DNA of 28,028 nt from NCBI GenBank assembly GCA_002189035.1, contig NEEC01000446.1, positions 1-28,028 of the forward strand. Reading direction: 5' to 3'. Below the pieces are notes generated by a model. It ran no database searches. It was not told the origin of the DNA and saw nothing but the letters and a program-made list of their open reading frames with translations. Source of the DNA: Utricularia gibba. Lineage: Eukaryota > Plantae > Magnoliophyta. Made by a program: the position numbers and the translations under genes. Position 1 is the first letter of the stretch; each line of letters starts with the position of its first letter. This document shows, piece after piece, positions 23,501 through 28,028 of this stretch.

Positions 23501-26500
23501 ATTTTAATAAACATATATCACATGATTATAAAAATATTTTTTTTGTCATTGTAGAAAGCTCATCACGCCACGCACACCACCCTGGAGAGGTTTCAACAGC
23601 TGTTATGAACTCACAACCCCTTGCTCAGCAGATTCAGTAAAATTCTCTAACACTTGGCTTCCAACGGATCATATCCCATATTCATTCATACGAAATTGTG
23701 CAAGAATAATGTGACTTTGAGTTTGAACTAGATAGTAGGACGCTGATCGAAGAATGGCCCATCGAGTCTCTAAAATTGGCCGTCCTCGCTCAACAAATGT
23801 GGGGTGCACGTGACATCCCAATTTCAACAAATGCATCATGATTTTCGTCGAGTGGGCCCATGAGCCCGTCCGAACCCGGGGCCCGGGCCAAGGGCCCCTC
23901 GAGAGCGCCCGCCTCAATACGAGGAGGTGTTCCTTCAAAAACCATATACGCGTCTCGTCACAACCCAACGTTAATAAATGCATCACTTTTTTTGGCGCGC
24001 TACTGCTGACTTTGGGCCCGAGTTCGGCACGACCTCCGGCCCGATCAGGGTGCCCCCCGAGAGCTCCTCCTTAAGTATAAAGTGTGTTGTTGAAAAAAAC
24101 GTGTGCGGTTCTCGTGACATCCTAACTTCAACAAATGCATCACGATTTTCGTCGAGTCGGACGGGACCGGGCTCCCGGGGCCCGGACGAGGCGCAGCGCC
24201 CGCTCCCCTCCCCCCCAAAACTAGAAGGTGTTCCATGGAAAACCATTTAGGCGGCTCGTGACAACCCAAAGTTAATAAATGCATCACTTTCTTTGCCGGG
24301 CTACAATGACTTTACGCTCGAGCCTGGTACGACGTATGGGAAGATTCGAGTGCCCCCCGAGAGCGTCTCCACAAGTATAAAGCGTGTTGTTGAAAAAACC
24401 GTGTTGGGTGCACGTGACATCCTAATTTCAACAAATGTGTCACGATTTTCGCCGAGTGGGACCAGAGTGGGCTCATCAGCCAGACCGAACCCGGGGCCCA
24501 AGCCAAGGGCCCCTCGAGAGCGCCCCCCCACAAAACTAGATGGTGTTCCACGAAAAAAAATTAGGCGGCTCGTGATAACCCAACGCTAAGAAATGCATCC
24601 CTTTTTTCGCCGGGCTAAAACTGACTTTGGGCTCATGCCCGGCGCGACCCCCAGCCCGTGTGCGCACGCAGCAGCACCACGAGGCCACATGGGCTTGGTT
24701 AATGCCCGCGTGCTCGAGCAGCAGCCACAAGGCCATACGGCCGTGGAAAAAAAGAAAAACAACCATAAAATACAATAAGCCAAAAATAAAAAATAAAATT
24801 GATAAACCCTTGGTTCGGTTCGGGCCCAATCAAAACCCGTAGGGTTTAACCCGTTCGGGTTGAACAGAAAGACAACCCCATGGGTCATGCAAACTGTAAT
24901 ACCCAGAATTTCATCGGGTTGGGTCCGAACCTGAATGGATCCAACCCAGGCCCATCTCTAATCATAATCATATGATATAGGTTTATTAAATTATAAATAA
25001 TTGAAATACATTATTATTAAACCGTAGGATAACTGTGAAAGCTTCTTTGACTTAATTATTACCATTTGATCCTCAGTTGTACTTTGGATGGAGTGTGTAT
25101 TTTTACTTTAGTCAATTTAATTAGCATTCGATCCTTGGTTATGATTCAGATCATATTTGCTATTTTTTTACTTTAAATATTTTTATTATCATTCGATCCT
25201 TAAGTATAATGCGGATCGAGCGCGTATTTTTTATTTTAATATTTTTTATTAGCATTCGAACGTTAGGTATGCTGCGGATCGAGCGTATATTTTTCACTCT
25301 CATATTTTTATTAGCCTTAGATCCTTAGGTATACTTTGGATCGAGTGCATATTCATTTATTTTAAATCTTAATTAGCGTTCCACCGTTAGGAGCAATTTA
25401 GAACGTGTATACATTACAATGCCATGCCACACGGGCGTGGTTTACGCACAACCCACGCCCGTGTGCCCTTGCAATGTAAACACGCTCCACATTGCTCCTA
25501 AGGATCGAGCGTTAACACAAGTTTCAAGTAAACCATCTCCACTCGATCCGAATCATGTCTAAAGACCGAAAGCCAATAAAAATATTAAAATAAAAAATAC
25601 GCTCGATCCGCATCATATCTTAGAATCGAATGCAAATAGAATCGTTCAAATAAAAAATATACACTCGATTGGAATCTTAACCAAGGATCGAATGCTAATT
25701 AAAATGATTAAAATAAAAATGCACACTCCATCCAAAGTATAACTAAGGGTCGAATGCTAATAAAATTAAAAACTAAGAAACTTTCACATGTAGTATATGC
25801 TTTAATAACTAACGTATTTACATTATTTATATTTTAATAACATATATCACATGATTATAAAAATATTTTTTTTGTCATTGTAGAAAGCTCATCACGCCAC
25901 GCACACCACCCTGGAGAGGTTTCAACAGCTGTTATGAACTCACAACCCCTTGCTCAGCAGATTCAGTAAAATTCTCTAACACTTGGGCTTCCAACGGATC
26001 ATATCCCATATTCATTCATACGAAATTGTGCAAGAATAATGTGACTTTGAGTTTGAACTAGATAGTAGGACGCTGATCGAAGAATGGCCCATCGAGTCTA
26101 AAATTGGCCGTCCTCGCTCAACAAATGTGGGGTGCACGTGACATCCCAATTTCAACAAATGCATCATGATTTTCGTCGAGTGGGCCCATGAGCCCGTCCG
26201 AACCCGGGGCCCGGGCCAAGGGCCCCTCGAGAGCGCCCGCCTCAATACGAGGAGGTGTTCCTTCAAAAACCATATACGCGTCTCGTCACAACCCAACGTT
26301 AATAAATGCATCACTTTTTTTGGCGCGCTACTGCTGACTTTGGGCCTGAGTTCGGCACGACCTCCGGCTCGATCAGGGTGCCCCCCGAGAGCTCCTCCTT
26401 AAGTATAAAGTGTGTTGTTGAAAAAAACCGTGTGCGGTTCTCGTGACATCCTAACTTCAACAAATGCATCACGATTTTCGTCGAGTCGGACGGGACCGGG

Positions 26501-28028
26501 CTCCCGGGGCCCGGACGAGGCGCAGCGCCCGCTCCCCTCCCCCCCAAAACTAGAAGGTTCCATGGAAAACCATTTAGGCGGCTCGTGACAACCCAAAGTT
26601 AATAAATGCATCACTTTCTTTGCCGGGCTACAATGACTTTACGCTCGAGCCTGGTACGACGTATGGGAAGATTCGAGTGCCCCCCGAGAGCGTCTCCACA
26701 AGTATAAAGCGTGTTGTTGAAAAAACCGTGTTGGTGCACGTGACATCCTAATTTCAACAAATGTGTCACGATTTTCGCCGTGGGACCAGAGTGGGCTCAT
26801 CAGCCAGACCGAACCCGGGGCCCAAGCCAAGGGCCCCTCGAGAGCGCCCCCCCACAAAACTAGATGGTGTTCCACGAAAAAAAATTAGGCGGCTCGTGAT
26901 AACCCAACGCTAAGAAATGCATCCCTTTTTTCGCCGGGCTAAAACTGACTTTGGGCTCATGCCCGGCGCGACCCCCAGCCCGTGTGCATACGCAGCAGCA
27001 CCACGAGGCCACATGGGCTTGGTTAATGCCCGCGTGCTCGAGCAGCAGCCACAAGGCCATACGGCCGTGGAAAAAAAGAAAACAACCATAAAATACAATA
27101 AGCCAAAAATAAAAAATAAAATTGATAAACCCTTGGTTCGGTTCGGGCCCAATCAAAACCCGTAGGGTTTAACCCGTTCGGGTTGAACAGAAAGACAACC
27201 CCATGGGTCATGCAAACTGTAATACCCAGAATTTCATCGGGTTGGGTCCGAACCTGAATGGATCCAACCCAGGCCCATCTCTAATCATAATCATATGATA
27301 TAGGTTTATTAAATTATAAATAATTGAAATACATTATTATTAAAACCGTAGGATAACTGTGAAAGCTTCTTTGACTTAATTATTACCATTTGATCCTCAG
27401 TTGTACTTTGGATGGAGTGTGTATTTTTACTTTAGTCAATTTAATTAGCATTCGATCCTTGGTTATGATTCAGATCATATTTGCTATTTTTTTACTTTAA
27501 ATATTTTTATTATCATTCGATCCTTAAGTATAATGCGGATCGAGCGCGTATTTTTTATTTTAATATTTTTTATTAGCATTCGAACGTTAGGTATGCTGCG
27601 GATCGAGCGTATATTTTTCACTCTCATATTTTTATTAGCCTTAGATCCTTAGGTATACTTTGGATCGAGTGCATATTCATTTATTTTAAATCTTAATTAG
27701 CGTTCCACCGTTAGGAGCAATTTAGAACGTGTATACATTACAATGCCATGCCACACGGGCGTGGTTTACGCACAACCCACGCCCGTGTGCCCTTGCAATG
27801 TAAACACGCTCCACATTGCTCCTAAGGATCGAGCGTTAACACAAGTTTCAAGTAAACCATCTCCACTCGATCCGAATCATGTCTAAAGACCGAAAGCCAA
27901 TAAAAATATTAAAATAAAAAATATACGCTCGATCCGCATCATATCTTAGAATCGAATGCAAATAGAATCGTTCAAATAAAAAATATACACTCGATTGGAA
28001 TCTAACCAAGGATCGAATGCTAATTAAA

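Larger units (their letters stand above)
1..28028. repeat. Tandem macrosatellite array, ~2.33-kb unit, 12 full copies + 107-bp partial, head-to-tail
   Basis: The anchor TATACGCTCGATCCGCATC recurs at 1, 2327, 4654, 6971, 9304, 11633, 13967, 16297, 18625, 20941, 23268, ~25597 (TA missing) and 27922, giving periods of 2316-2334 bp. All internal blocks recur in the same order and orientation. The array runs off both window ends, so the true unit phase is unknown. Confidence 0.99.

Noticed and set aside
402-27211. All ORFs in the supplied track (61-205 aa), e.g. MMHLLTLGC..., MGPNRTKG..., MHPFFRRAK...
   Set aside because: They overlap on both strands in several frames, start and stop differently in each copy because of indels, mirror the DNA repeat periodicity, and show no recognisable domain. 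The 205-aa ORF at 14370-14987 exists only through copy-specific indels.

Overview
The whole window is a head-to-tail tandem array of a ~2.33-kb unit: 12 full copies plus a 107-bp partial, all in one orientation and nearly identical. Units start at 1, 2327, 4654, 6971, 9304, 11633, 13967, 16297, 18625, 20941, 23268, ~25597 and 27922. I can support no protein-coding gene, RNA gene or CRISPR array. The ORF track consists of short, overlapping, frameshift-scrambled translations of the repeat. Each unit is a mosaic, given here in copy-1 coordinates. (i) A non-repetitive segment at ~265-525 resembles a splice acceptor followed by an exon fragment. (ii) A GC-rich satellite-like block at ~525-1380 has ~150-bp monomers arranged as A/B ~300-bp dimers. 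(iii) A diverged 50-bp duplication and an A-rich tract follow. (iv) A solo hAT/Ac-like terminus lies at 1531-1687. (v) A ~900-bp AT-rich foldback at 1691-2590 has arms built from ~63-bp self-complementary modules around a GC-rich central hairpin. A plant nuclear origin is my inference from the TE-like motifs and is not established. Differences between copies are mostly homopolymer and short deletions, which suggests unpolished long-read sequence. A few C/T and G/A variants occur in copies 1 and 11. The most interesting object is the composite, TE-derived macrosatellite with three nested levels of inverted symmetry. I see no protein-encoding system.
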